Positions 9,723-18,693 of a DNA stretch of 32,000 nucleotides are shown here, piece after piece. This stretch comes from Dickeya solani IPO 2222 (GTDB lineage Bacteria > Pseudomonadota > Gammaproteobacteria > Enterobacterales > Enterobacteriaceae), in NCBI RefSeq assembly GCF_001644705.1, contig NZ_CP015137.1, positions 1,440,001 to 1,472,000 on the forward strand. The letters are read 5' to 3'. The notes below the pieces were generated by a model. That model had not been told where the DNA came from, made no database searches, and was given only the letters and a program-made list of their open reading frames with translations. Within the stretch, counting starts at the first letter, position 1, and each line of letters starts with the position of its first letter. Position numbers and translations under genes: made by a program.

Positions 9723-10850
9723 ATGATTAACGTTCTGCATTTTTATAAAACTTACTATCCCTATACTTATGGTGGAATTGAGCAGGTTATATTTCAGCTT
9801 TGTGAAGGTGCGGCGCATCATGGCGTTAACTCAACGGTTGAATATATTGCCCCCAATAAAGACAGTGATATAGAAAAATTTCACCACCATAACGTCACCT
9901 GCGATCATAAGTTTTTCGAAATATCCTCTACCCCGTTTTCCTTATCATCGATAAGAAAGTTCAAAAAACTGGCAGAATCTGCAGATATCATTCATTACCA
10001 CTTTCCTTATCCTTTTGCTGATATGCTGCATTTTATCTGCAAAATTAAAAAGCCGACGGTCGTCAGCTATCACTCTGATATCCTGAAACAAAAGTATCTG
10101 CTGAAATTGTATAAGCCGCTGATGTACAATTTTTTGGATTCAGTAACATCAATTGTAGCAACATCACCGAACTATCTGGCTACCAGTGAAGTACTGCAAA
10201 AATTCAGCCATAAAACCTCGGTAATTCCTATTGGGCTGGATACCCGTTCTCATCAGGTTATTGATAATGACAATAAGCTGAAATGGCAGAAAATCCTACC
10301 CGAACGCTTTCTGCTGTTTATCGGCAACCTAAGGTATTACAAAGGCCTGGGTACGCTTTTAGATGCCATAGAGAATACCCCGGAAATAAAAATTGTTATT
10401 ATTGGCTCCGGGCCTCAGGAAAAGCAGTTAAAAGAACAGGTCTCAAGAAAAAACATTGAAAATGTCTATTTTCTTGGTGCGCTGCCCGACAATGATAAAA
10501 ACGCATTACTTGAGCTTTGTTCCGGCATTGTTTTTCCGTCTCAATTACGAACAGAAGCATTTGGGATCACCCTGCTGGAAGGGGCAATGCATGGTAAACC
10601 GCTGATCTCCTGTGAAATTGGCACCGGCACATCTTTTATTAACATTGATCGTCAAACCGGGATTGTCGTGCCGCCATCGGATCCGGCAAAACTGCGTGAA
10701 GCGATGGAATATCTGTGGATGAATCCGGAAAAAGCGCAGGAAATGGGTCAGAACGCCCAAAAAAGATTCCATGAGTTATTCACGGCTGAAAAAATGGTGA
10801 ATGACTACGTCGCCCTTTACAAAAAGCTTCTGCACAGGGAGCACGTCTAG
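9723..10850 (+). CDS. Family 4 (GT-B) glycosyltransferase
   Basis: MINVLHFYKTYYPYTYGGIEQV and the EX7E region TEAFGITLLEGAMHGKPLISCEIGTG are typical of GT4 mannosyl/rhamnosyl-type transferases. Confidence 0.85.
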   Translation: MINVLHFYKTYYPYTYGGIEQVIFQLCEGAAHHGVNSTVEYIAPNKDSDIEKFHHHNVTCDHKFFEISSTPFSLSSIRKFKKLAESADIIHYHFPYPFADMLHFICKIKKPTVVSYHSDILKQKYLLKLYKPLMYNFLDSVTSIVATSPNYLATSEVLQKFSHKTSVIPIGLDTRSHQVIDNDNKLKWQKILPERFLLFIGNLRYYKGLGTLLDAIENTPEIKIVIIGSGPQEKQLKEQVSRKNIENVYFLGALPDNDKNALLELCSGIVFPSQLRTEAFGITLLEGAMHGKPLISCEIGTGTSFINIDRQTGIVVPPSDPAKLREAMEYLWMNPEKAQEMGQNAQKRFHELFTAEKMVNDYVALYKKLLHREHV

Positions 10851-10895
10851 TCATCCCTCTTTCGGCGGCAAGGATGCCTGATTTCCGCTTCACCA

Positions 10896-11822
10896 TCAGT
10901 AACTTCTATCGAAATCCACCTCTCCTGCTAACGCCAGCCCTTGCCGGAAGCGAGGCAGGTTGTCCAGAACCAGTTTCCCCAGACGAGCAGGCACCAGCGG
11001 CCCGGCAACATGCGCCGTGATCGTGAGATTCGGCGTGCACCAGAACGGATGATCGCCCGGCAGAGGCTCCTGTCGAAACACATCCAGTACCGCCCCGGCA
11101 ATCTGCCCCGCATGCAAGGCTGCGCACAAATCCGTATCTACCACCGCGGTGCCACGGCCAACATTGATAAACAACGCCGAAGGCTTCATCGCAGCAAATA
11201 CGCCTGCATGATAGATATCCGTTGTGGCTGGCGTTTCCGGCAAAATGTTGATGACGTAATCCGCAGACGCCACCGCTTGTTCAAGCGACGACAACCCCTC
11301 GATCCGTGCAAACATCGGCATCTCGCGCGGTGAATAAGCCACGCCGTACAGCTCCACGCCAAAAGGCTGCAGAAAAGCCGCCACCTCCCGGCCAATATCC
11401 CCCGCACCGACAATCAGCACCCGACGCCCGAACAGCGACCCCGGCAATATCTTTTTCCATTCGCCACGTTGTTGACTCCGCAACCGTTGCGATAGATGAA
11501 GTTCATGCTGCAACAGGTAAGCCAGCACATATTCAGCAATAGGCTGACCAAACACCCCGACGGCCCGGCTCAGCCGATAATCACGCGGCAACCCCTCGGC
11601 CAGTAAAGGTTTATAGCCGGCCCAGGTCGATTGCAACCAGCGAGGTTTCACCCCCTGAGCCAACAATTGAGCAGCCTTGTCCGGCTCGCCCACCCAAATA
11701 TCACAGGTCGCAGCCTGAGCGGCCTCACCCGAGCCGATCACCAACGGTAAGTCCGGCACCGCCTCATGCAGTACGTCACGTAGCTCATCCGCACGGGAGT
11801 CCAACAGCAGAATGGATGTCAT
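10896..11822 (-). CDS. D-isomer-specific 2-hydroxyacid dehydrogenase (GhrA/YcdW-like)
   Basis: It has the NAD fold VLIVGAGDIGREVA and the catalytic context VGRG...LDVFRQEPLP...TITAHVAG. The C-terminus resembles E. coli GhrA. Its GC-rich composition is unlike the adjacent polysaccharide genes. Confidence 0.85.
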   Translation of the reverse strand: MTSILLLDSRADELRDVLHEAVPDLPLVIGSGEAAQAATCDIWVGEPDKAAQLLAQGVKPRWLQSTWAGYKPLLAEGLPRDYRLSRAVGVFGQPIAEYVLAYLLQHELHLSQRLRSQQRGEWKKILPGSLFGRRVLIVGAGDIGREVAAFLQPFGVELYGVAYSPREMPMFARIEGLSSLEQAVASADYVINILPETPATTDIYHAGVFAAMKPSALFINVGRGTAVVDTDLCAALHAGQIAGAVLDVFRQEPLPGDHPFWCTPNLTITAHVAGPLVPARLGKLVLDNLPRFRQGLALAGEVDFDRSY

Positions 11823-11949
11823 GTTCGTCGTCTATGGAAAACTCATACGACGATAATATATGAAATCGGGATAACGCCAAATAGCGGTGACTTATGACTG
11901 TGACTATTTGAAATACGACAAGAAAATAGGAAAAAACGGAGAGAAAACT

Positions 11950-12025
<76 letters not shown>

Positions 12026-12724
12026 ATAGGATGGTTATTCAAAGCGCCTTGAAGCATCTAATTCTTTGTAACCAACTGATTAGAAAGGCTTTAACACTTT
12101 AAGGCGTTTGGAATGGCGCTGATTATGGACCGGTTCACTCGCTATGGCAAGTGCTTTTTCGTGCCTTTAGTTTCGTTTGTTTATAATATCGACAATCCGG
12201 TACTCTGTACATTCCCCCCCAGTTGGCGATACAGAGCATGGCAAGCCGCCCCTGCGTCTTTCTCCTGCCATCGGCATCACCCAGGATGACACCAAAGCGG
12301 CCGAAACCACGCCGGCGCCCTCTCTTTTTCAATCTGTCGGGGAAGATGGTTATTCAGCACAATAAATCAGCGTATTTTAGTTTTTGCCCCGACCGTTACC
12401 ATCTATTGCGAGGCGTCATAATATCGCCGTGGAATAATTATCGTTTTAGGACGCCTGTCATTACGCGCGTTTTATCGGTAATATCCGGCGAGTGAAATGA
12501 AATAGGTGCTGTAGATATAAAATCTTATTGAGCATGCGCCGGCATTCTGGCAAATTAAATCAACACCTAATGGCGCATCAATCACTGTTGATGTCATGAA
12601 TCAAAAATAAAGCCGTTAATTTCACATAGCGTTATTACTCGACAACACCACAACCACTATTCCATTCTTCTTTATGCAGGCTTTTGAGAAGCAGGTTGCT
12701 GGCCCATTTCTGGAGAGAACGCGT

Positions 12725-13399
12725 ATGCCAGATATCAATATATTTTTTTCTTCCCTGCTCGAACGGCAATTACATGATGCCGCCGGGCGCGCCAGTGCCC
12801 GGGCGGCAGCGCTGAGCCGTCAGGAATTGCATCAAAAAGCCCGTGCGCTGCTCGACCAGCTCACCGGCATCGACAACGATAGTTATCAGGATGACCGCTC
12901 CGGACAACCCGCTGACGATGCCCCCGAACGTCTGGCGCGCTCGCGGCAAGCAGCTGACTTTGTCAACGGCCATGCCGCAAACCCATTCAATGGACTGATT
13001 TACCACCAATTATCGTTGATTGTCTACGATGAAAGCGGCGTTTTCACCCTGAATGAACGCCGGGCTGCCTGGAGCGAAGCCTATGCTCAGGATCAAACCT
13101 GGCGACAGCACATCGTCACGCAGGCCCGCCTGAACTACCGCCATCCTCAATGGCAAATACGCTTTTTTACCGAGGTACTGAAAAATTACCGGGCGCTGCC
13201 GGCGATTGAAAAAGCGCAATACCCACGCCACTACGAACGGGAATTGCAATGCCACCTGCTGCCCAAACGTGATGGAGCTCACCCCGTCGATTTTTCCGGT
13301 CTGGCTGATTACCCGAGCCTGCTGGAAATGCTGTTTGCCATCCGGCAGGACAGCCCCAGACGTGAAATAGCGCCGACTACCGTAAATCCTGCGCCCTGA
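12725..13399 (+). CDS. Hypothetical protein (about 224 aa), no recognisable domain
   Basis: GGAGAG lies 7 nt upstream of ATG 12725 (the tracked ORF starts at 12674). Codon usage looks coding. There is no signal peptide, TM segment or motif I can name. The 3' end overlaps the convergent LLM gene by 23 nt. Confidence 0.6.
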   Translation: MPDINIFFSSLLERQLHDAAGRASARAAALSRQELHQKARALLDQLTGIDNDSYQDDRSGQPADDAPERLARSRQAADFVNGHAANPFNGLIYHQLSLIVYDESGVFTLNERRAAWSEAYAQDQTWRQHIVTQARLNYRHPQWQIRFFTEVLKNYRALPAIEKAQYPRHYERELQCHLLPKRDGAHPVDFSGLADYPSLLEMLFAIRQDSPRREIAPTTVNPAP

Positions 13400-14378
13400 G
13401 CCCGGCGGCCAGTCCTCTGATTGACGTCAGCCGCGCGGCCGGGTCGTTAACCGGGGTATGAATGATGAACTCATTGACGCCAAAGCGCTGGTGATAGTGC
13501 TGCAACTGGCGGTGGACCTCCGCCGCCGTGCCGTACAGGATGTTCTGCGCCTGCTTCTCAATACGAAACTGCGCGCTGCCGGACTGCTGCACCAGCGTGT
13601 CCGCCTGCTCCTGCGTCAGTACGTTCAGCGGCGCGCGGTCCCCGATATACACCTTGTAGTTATACCGCTCGCCCGCCAGCGCTTTCGCCTCGTCATGGCT
13701 GTCCGCCACGATCACCGATAGCGACAACAGCGCCTGAGCCTGCTCAGGCTGGTACTCGCGCCAGGTCAGCAACGCTTCCGTCAACAGAGATTCGCTGGGC
13801 TGGATAAACCCGGCGAACACAAAATTCCAGCCCAGCGACGCCGCCAGGCGCGCGCTTTCCGCACTGGCACCCAGCAGAAAACGCGCTGGCGGCGCCGGTG
13901 GCAACGGCGTAGCGTGCAGGTCGATATTCGGTGCCGACGCCGGTTCCAGCAGCGCATGCAATTGCCGTAGCTTATCGGCAAACGACACCTGACGCGCTGG
14001 GTCGACCTCCTGTTGCAGCGCGCGGGTCGACAGGGGAAAACCGCCGGGCGCTTTGCCGACGCCCAGATCGACCCGATCCGGCGCCAGCGACGACAGAACA
14101 TGGAAATTCTCCGCCACCTTATACGGACTGTAGTGCTGCAGCATCACCCCGCCGGAACCAATCCGGATACGGTGAGTATGGGCCAGCAGCCAGGCAATCA
14201 GCACTTCCGGCGACGATCCCGCCAGTGAATCAGAGTTGTGGTGTTCAGACACCCAGAAACGGGAATACCCCGACGCTTCGGCGAGACGGGCCAGTTCAAC
14301 GGTCCGGGCCAGCGCATCAGCAGCGGTCATCCCCTCCGCAATCGGGCTTTGATCCAATAAGCCAAGACGATAACTCAT
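13377..14378 (-). CDS. Luciferase-like (LLM class) flavin-dependent oxidoreductase, YhbW/MsnO8-like
   Basis: MSYRLGLLDQSP...SRFWVSEHHNS...GGVMLQHYSPYKVAENF...GVGKAPGG is the typical signature of this LLM subfamily. Confidence 0.88.
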   Translation of the reverse strand: MSYRLGLLDQSPIAEGMTAADALARTVELARLAEASGYSRFWVSEHHNSDSLAGSSPEVLIAWLLAHTHRIRIGSGGVMLQHYSPYKVAENFHVLSSLAPDRVDLGVGKAPGGFPLSTRALQQEVDPARQVSFADKLRQLHALLEPASAPNIDLHATPLPPAPPARFLLGASAESARLAASLGWNFVFAGFIQPSESLLTEALLTWREYQPEQAQALLSLSVIVADSHDEAKALAGERYNYKVYIGDRAPLNVLTQEQADTLVQQSGSAQFRIEKQAQNILYGTAAEVHRQLQHYHQRFGVNEFIIHTPVNDPAARLTSIRGLAAGLRAQDLR

Positions 14379-14474
14379 ATATTTCCCTTTTTTGATCCAG
14401 CCTAACTTTTCCGCATATTTTCATAGCCCGGAAAAATCTATAAATAACAAAAAAGGGTTTGGTTAGTACAAAAT

Positions 14475-14506
14475 CGCACTATTAATAATTCGTACTATTA
14501 ATAAAA
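14475..14506. repeat. 16-bp tandem repeat (cgcactattaataatt / cgtactattaataaaa) in the divergent promoter region
   Basis: Read directly. It lies in the 443-bp AT-rich spacer between the LLM gene and the monooxygenase operon. Confidence 0.7.
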
Positions 14507-14821
14507 TGAGAATCACAATAATCAGCGTAGTAAACGGCATACACCCCTAACTTATTTCCATCCTGCACGCGTTCGAAAAATAGGCTTACCCCACGGACTT
14601 CAATTTCAATTCCTGAATAAACAAATCACAAAACCCCCTGAGACGTTTTTTTGCTTTGTCATATTCAATTTTGTTGTTTTACATCCTGTATCCTCTCATC
14701 AATAGTATTTTCCAGTTTTCTTAACTCTCCATTAACCACCTGAACATGAGGTTTCTCCAGCGCATTATCCGTGCCGGAGACGGGTTTCTTTTCGCCAAAT
14801 TTCGCTGTAGGGAGCATGCTG

Positions 14822-16198
14822 ATGAGTGAAAAAACGATTCCCCAACAAAAGACGAGTCCTGACCAGCGTCAGCTGAGGCTGGGCGTGATATTGCAGGGTG
14901 CGGCCGGCAACATGTCGGCCTGGCGGCACAGCAATGTGGTGCCGGACGCCAGCATCAACTTCGGGTTTGTGCTGGATACGGTGAAAAAAGCCGAGCAGGG
15001 GAAATTCGACTTCGCCTTCGTGGCCGACGGCCTGTACATCAACGAGAAGTCTATTCCCCACTTTCTTAACCGGTTCGAACCGCTGACGCTGCTGTCGGCG
15101 CTGGCGGCGTCAACCCATCACATCGGTTTGGTCGGCACCCTGTCCACCTCCTATAGCGAGCCGTTCACCACCGCACGGCAGTTCGCCAGCCTTGACCATC
15201 TGAGCCACGGTCGTGCCGGCTGGAACGTGGTGACCTCGCCGCTGGAAGGGTCGGCGAAAAACTTCTCGCGCGCCCAGCACCCGGAGCACGCCCTGCGTTA
15301 CCGCATCGCCGACGAATTCCTGCAGGTGGTGAAAGGACTGTGGGATTCCTGGGAAGACGACGCGTTTATCCGCGACAAGGCCAGCGGCCGTTTCTTCGAC
15401 CCGCAGAAACTGCATCCCCTGCACCATCAGGGTGAATTCTTCTCGGTCGCCGGGCCGCTGAACATCGGCCGCACGCCGCAGGGCCGGCCGATTATCTTCC
15501 AGGCCGGCGCGTCGGATGACGGCAAGAAACTGGCCGCCAGCCACGCCGATGCCATCTTCACCCACCAGCACACGCTGGCGGAAGCACAGGCGTTCTACCG
15601 CGACGTTAAGCAACAACTGGTGGAACAAGGGCGGCGCGAAGACCAGTTGCATATCTTTCAGGGCGTCAGCGTGCTGGTGGGCGACAGCGCAGAAGACGTG
15701 GAGCGTCAATACCAGGACACCGCTGCGCTGGTCACTATCGAGGACGCGCTCAATTACCTGGGTCGCTACTTCGAACACTACGACTTCTCGCAACACCCGC
15801 TGGATCAACCGTTTCCGGATATCGGCGCGCTGGGTCAGAACAGTTTTCGCAGCACCACCGATGAAATCAAACGCAACGCCCGCGAACGCGGGCTGACTCT
15901 GCGTCAGGCGGCGCTGGAAGCCACCACCCCGCGTCCGCTGTTCAGCGGCACGCCGCAACAGGTGGCGGACGGGCTGCAATTGTGGTTCGAACAGCGCGCC
16001 GCCGATGGTTTCATCATCCAGAGCGCCGCGCCGGACAACTTCACCCGGTTTGTCGATCAGGTGGTGCCGTTGCTGCAACAACGCGGCCTATTCCGCCGGG
16101 AATACCCCGGCTACACGCTGCGGGAAAGCCTGGCGCTGGATTATCCGGCCAACCGTTACGCCGACGCCCGCCAACCGGTAGAGGAAACGGCACCGTGA
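14822..16198 (+). CDS. NtaA/SnaA/DszA-family FMN-dependent monooxygenase
   Basis: [19 protein letters not shown]...[11 protein letters not shown]...[53 protein letters not shown] is the family signature. AGGGAG lies 7 nt before ATG 14822. Confidence 0.9.
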   Translation: MSEKTIPQQKTSPDQRQLRLGVILQGAAGNMSAWRHSNVVPDASINFGFVLDTVKKAEQGKFDFAFVADGLYINEKSIPHFLNRFEPLTLLSALAASTHHIGLVGTLSTSYSEPFTTARQFASLDHLSHGRAGWNVVTSPLEGSAKNFSRAQHPEHALRYRIADEFLQVVKGLWDSWEDDAFIRDKASGRFFDPQKLHPLHHQGEFFSVAGPLNIGRTPQGRPIIFQAGASDDGKKLAASHADAIFTHQHTLAEAQAFYRDVKQQLVEQGRREDQLHIFQGVSVLVGDSAEDVERQYQDTAALVTIEDALNYLGRYFEHYDFSQHPLDQPFPDIGALGQNSFRSTTDEIKRNARERGLTLRQAALEATTPRPLFSGTPQQVADGLQLWFEQRAADGFIIQSAAPDNFTRFVDQVVPLLQQRGLFRREYPGYTLRESLALDYPANRYADARQPVEETAP

Positions 16199-17136
16199 AC
16201 GCGCGCCCCGCCACGCCGTTGCTGCTTGCCGCGCTGTTGTTCAGCGCCAGCGGACATGTGTTCAGCGCCAGCGGACACGCCGAGCCCGCCACCGTCGGGC
16301 AAATCGACCTGAAAGCCAACCAGTTGCCGGTGCGCGCGCCGGGCAACCCGCAGGCCATCGCCGAGATCCCGGCCGGGTTTACCTTTGCCGAACCCGGCAC
16401 GCTGACGGTGGCGATCTCCAACCACAGCTCCCCGCCGCTGGCGCTGCTGGCGGATGACAACAAGACGCGCATCGGCAGCGATCCGGACATTGCCCGGCTG
16501 CTTGCCGACGCGCTGGGGCTGAAGCTCAAGCTGGTGCCCGCCGCCTGGGAGGACTGGCCGCTGGGTATCGCCTCCGGCCGCTACGACGCCGCCATCATCA
16601 ATATCGCGGTCACCAAAGCGCGCAAGGAGAGATTCGATTTCGCCACCTACCGCGTGGATACTCTGGGCTTTTACGTCAAATCCACCAGCCGGATTCAGAC
16701 GATTCGCGGGCCGACGGACGTGGCGGGGCTGAAGGTGATCGTCGGTTCCGGCACCAATCAGGAAAACATCCTGCTGGGCTGGGATCGCCAGAACCGCGCT
16801 CAGGGCTTGCCGCCGGTACAGCCTGTCTACGTCACCGACGATGCCGCCGCCAACCTGAGTATTCAGTCAGGCCGGGTGGACGCCTTTTTCGGCCCGCATT
16901 CCATCGGGGCGTACAAAGCGGCGTTGACCGGCCAGACGCGGATGGTGGGTATCGGCCCCACCGTAGCGCCAGTAGCGGTCACCACCCGCAAGGGCAACGG
17001 GCTGGCGCAGCCGATCAGCACCGCGCTCAACGGCGTCATCGCCGGCGGGCAGTACGCGCAGGTGCTGGACCGCTGGGGCGAGAATGACGAAAAAGTCACA
17101 CGCTCCGAGGTCAATCCACGCGGTCTGGACGAATAA
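16195..17136 (+). CDS. Periplasmic substrate-binding protein, polar-amino-acid (family 3) ABC type, paralog 1
   Basis: GTG 16195 overlaps the upstream stop (GTGA). It has a signal-like N-terminus and the motifs [35 protein letters not shown]. The tracked ORF start at 15982 lies inside the upstream gene. Confidence 0.85.
   Translation: MNARPATPLLLAALLFSASGHVFSASGHAEPATVGQIDLKANQLPVRAPGNPQAIAEIPAGFTFAEPGTLTVAISNHSSPPLALLADDNKTRIGSDPDIARLLADALGLKLKLVPAAWEDWPLGIASGRYDAAIINIAVTKARKERFDFATYRVDTLGFYVKSTSRIQTIRGPTDVAGLKVIVGSGTNQENILLGWDRQNRAQGLPPVQPVYVTDDAAANLSIQSGRVDAFFGPHSIGAYKAALTGQTRMVGIGPTVAPVAVTTRKGNGLAQPISTALNGVIAGGQYAQVLDRWGENDEKVTRSEVNPRGLDE
16240..16281 (+). repeat. In-frame 21-bp tandem duplication ([14 protein letters not shown]) at the end of the SBP signal peptide
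   Basis: ttcagcgccagcggacatgtg / ttcagcgccagcggacacgcc, 18/21 identical, starting on a codon boundary. Confidence 0.85.
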
Positions 17137-17181
17137 CCCGGCTCACGCCGCCGTCGATTTTTTATGTTTAAGGAATACGCT

Positions 17182-18129
17182 ATGCAGACTCTCGCCGTTC
17201 GTCCGTTTTACCGTCTGACCGCCACGCTGCTCGGCGGCTGGCTGTTGCTCGGCAGCGCACAAGCCGCAGGCATCGATCTGAAGGCCAACCAACAGCCGAT
17301 CCATGCGCCCAAAAATCCACAGGCCATCGCGCAGATTCCGGCCGGATTTACGTTTGTCGAACCGGGCAAACTCACCGTCGCGGTCGCGGCATTAGGCTCC
17401 TCGCCGCCGCTGGCCTTTCTGGCGGACGACAACAAAAGCATCATCGGCAGCGAACCGGATATCGCCCGGCTGGTGGCCGATAGCCTCGGGCTGGAATTGA
17501 ATCTGGTATCGACCTCGTGGGAAGACTGGCCGCTGGGCGTCGCCTCCGGCAAGTATGATGTCGCTATCACCAACGTGACGGTAACCAAAGCGCGCAAAGA
17601 ACGTTTTGACTTTGCCACCTACCGCGCCGATACGCTGGGCTTCTACGTGAAATCCAGCAGTAAGATCCAGACAATCCAGCGCGCCAAAGATATCGCCGGG
17701 CTGAAGATTATCGTCGGTTCCGGCACCAATCAGGAGGCTATCCTGCTCGACTGGGACAAGCAAAACCAGACGGCTGGCCTGCCGCCGTTCCAGCCGGTCT
17801 ACGTCACCGACGCTGCCGCCGCCAACCTGAGCATTCAGTCCGGCCGTGCCGACGCCACGTTCGGCCCGAACGTCACCGGCGCGTACAAAGCGGCGCTAAA
17901 CGGTCAGACCCGGCTGGTGGGCACCGTCAACGGCGGCTGGCCGCAGGTGGCGCACATCGCGGTGACCACCCGTAAAGGCAACGGACTGGTGACCGCCCTC
18001 AATACCGCGCTCAACGGCGTGATTCAGGGCGGCGAGTACGACCGGGTGCTGAACCGCTGGGGAGAAAGCGTGGAACGCATCAGCGGCTCGGAGATCAACC
18101 CGCCGGGTCTGGGCGACGCACCGCTGTAA
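17182..18129 (+). CDS. Periplasmic substrate-binding protein, paralog 2
   Basis: AAGGA lies 7 nt before ATG 17182. The signal peptide ends ...LLLGSAQAAG. It is colinear with paralog 1 at roughly two-thirds to three-quarters identity by eye. Confidence 0.88.
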   Translation: MQTLAVRPFYRLTATLLGGWLLLGSAQAAGIDLKANQQPIHAPKNPQAIAQIPAGFTFVEPGKLTVAVAALGSSPPLAFLADDNKSIIGSEPDIARLVADSLGLELNLVSTSWEDWPLGVASGKYDVAITNVTVTKARKERFDFATYRADTLGFYVKSSSKIQTIQRAKDIAGLKIIVGSGTNQEAILLDWDKQNQTAGLPPFQPVYVTDAAAANLSIQSGRADATFGPNVTGAYKAALNGQTRLVGTVNGGWPQVAHIAVTTRKGNGLVTALNTALNGVIQGGEYDRVLNRWGESVERISGSEINPPGLGDAPL

Positions 18130-18158
18130 TCCGCATCCAGCCGCACAGGGAGGACACC

Positions 18159-18689
18159 ATGTCTGACGAACGCTTTATCATCACCTACCCGGAAGACGCC
18201 CGCATTGTGCCGGTGCTGGACGGGCTGTTTGCCGAATACCGCCAGCGCTACGGCGATTACTTCGCCCATCGGGATCCAGAGCCGCAGGGGCTTTATTTGC
18301 AGCCGGACGGCATCTTCATCGTGCTGCTGCGCGATGAGCGGCCGATCGCCACCGGCGCGTTCAAGCGCTACGACGCCACTACCGCTGAGCTTAAACGCAT
18401 CTGGACCGACAAAACCCTACGGCGTCAGGGGCTGGCCAGACGGGTGCTGCACGAGCTGGAACAACACGCCCAACGGCTGGGCTACCGGGAGGTGCTTCTG
18501 ACCACCGGTTTCCGTCAGCCGGAAGCGGTCGGGCTGTACCTGAGCGAAGGCTACCAGCCGCAGTTCGATACCCAGCTCGACCCGGAATATTACAGCCTGC
18601 CGCCGCACGATGGCCGGCTGCCGTTTCGCAAATCGCTGTATGACCCGGTTCCTATTCAGGCGGCGCATCAGGAACGGGTAAAGGTATAA
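18159..18689 (+). CDS. GNAT family N-acetyltransferase
   Basis: The acetyl-CoA motif A region is RIWTDKTLRRQGLARRVLHELEQHAQRLGY. The size of 176 aa fits the family, and GGGAGG serves as the RBS. Confidence 0.85.
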   Translation: MSDERFIITYPEDARIVPVLDGLFAEYRQRYGDYFAHRDPEPQGLYLQPDGIFIVLLRDERPIATGAFKRYDATTAELKRIWTDKTLRRQGLARRVLHELEQHAQRLGYREVLLTTGFRQPEAVGLYLSEGYQPQFDTQLDPEYYSLPPHDGRLPFRKSLYDPVPIQAAHQERVKV

Positions 18690-18693
18690 GCTC

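Noticed and set aside
15110-16081. Long antisense ORFs in GC-rich genes. Examples: 15110-16081 (-) 323 aa, 26527-27825 (+) 432 aa, 23661-24497 (+) 278 aa, 25121-25792 and 25793-26626 (+), 5228-6010 (-) 260 aa, 21083-21577 (+), 10941-11333 (+).
   Set aside because: Each lies entirely antisense to a gene with clear family motifs. Their translations are Arg/Gly/Ala/His-rich and low in complexity. Stop-free antisense frames are expected in high-GC3 genes.
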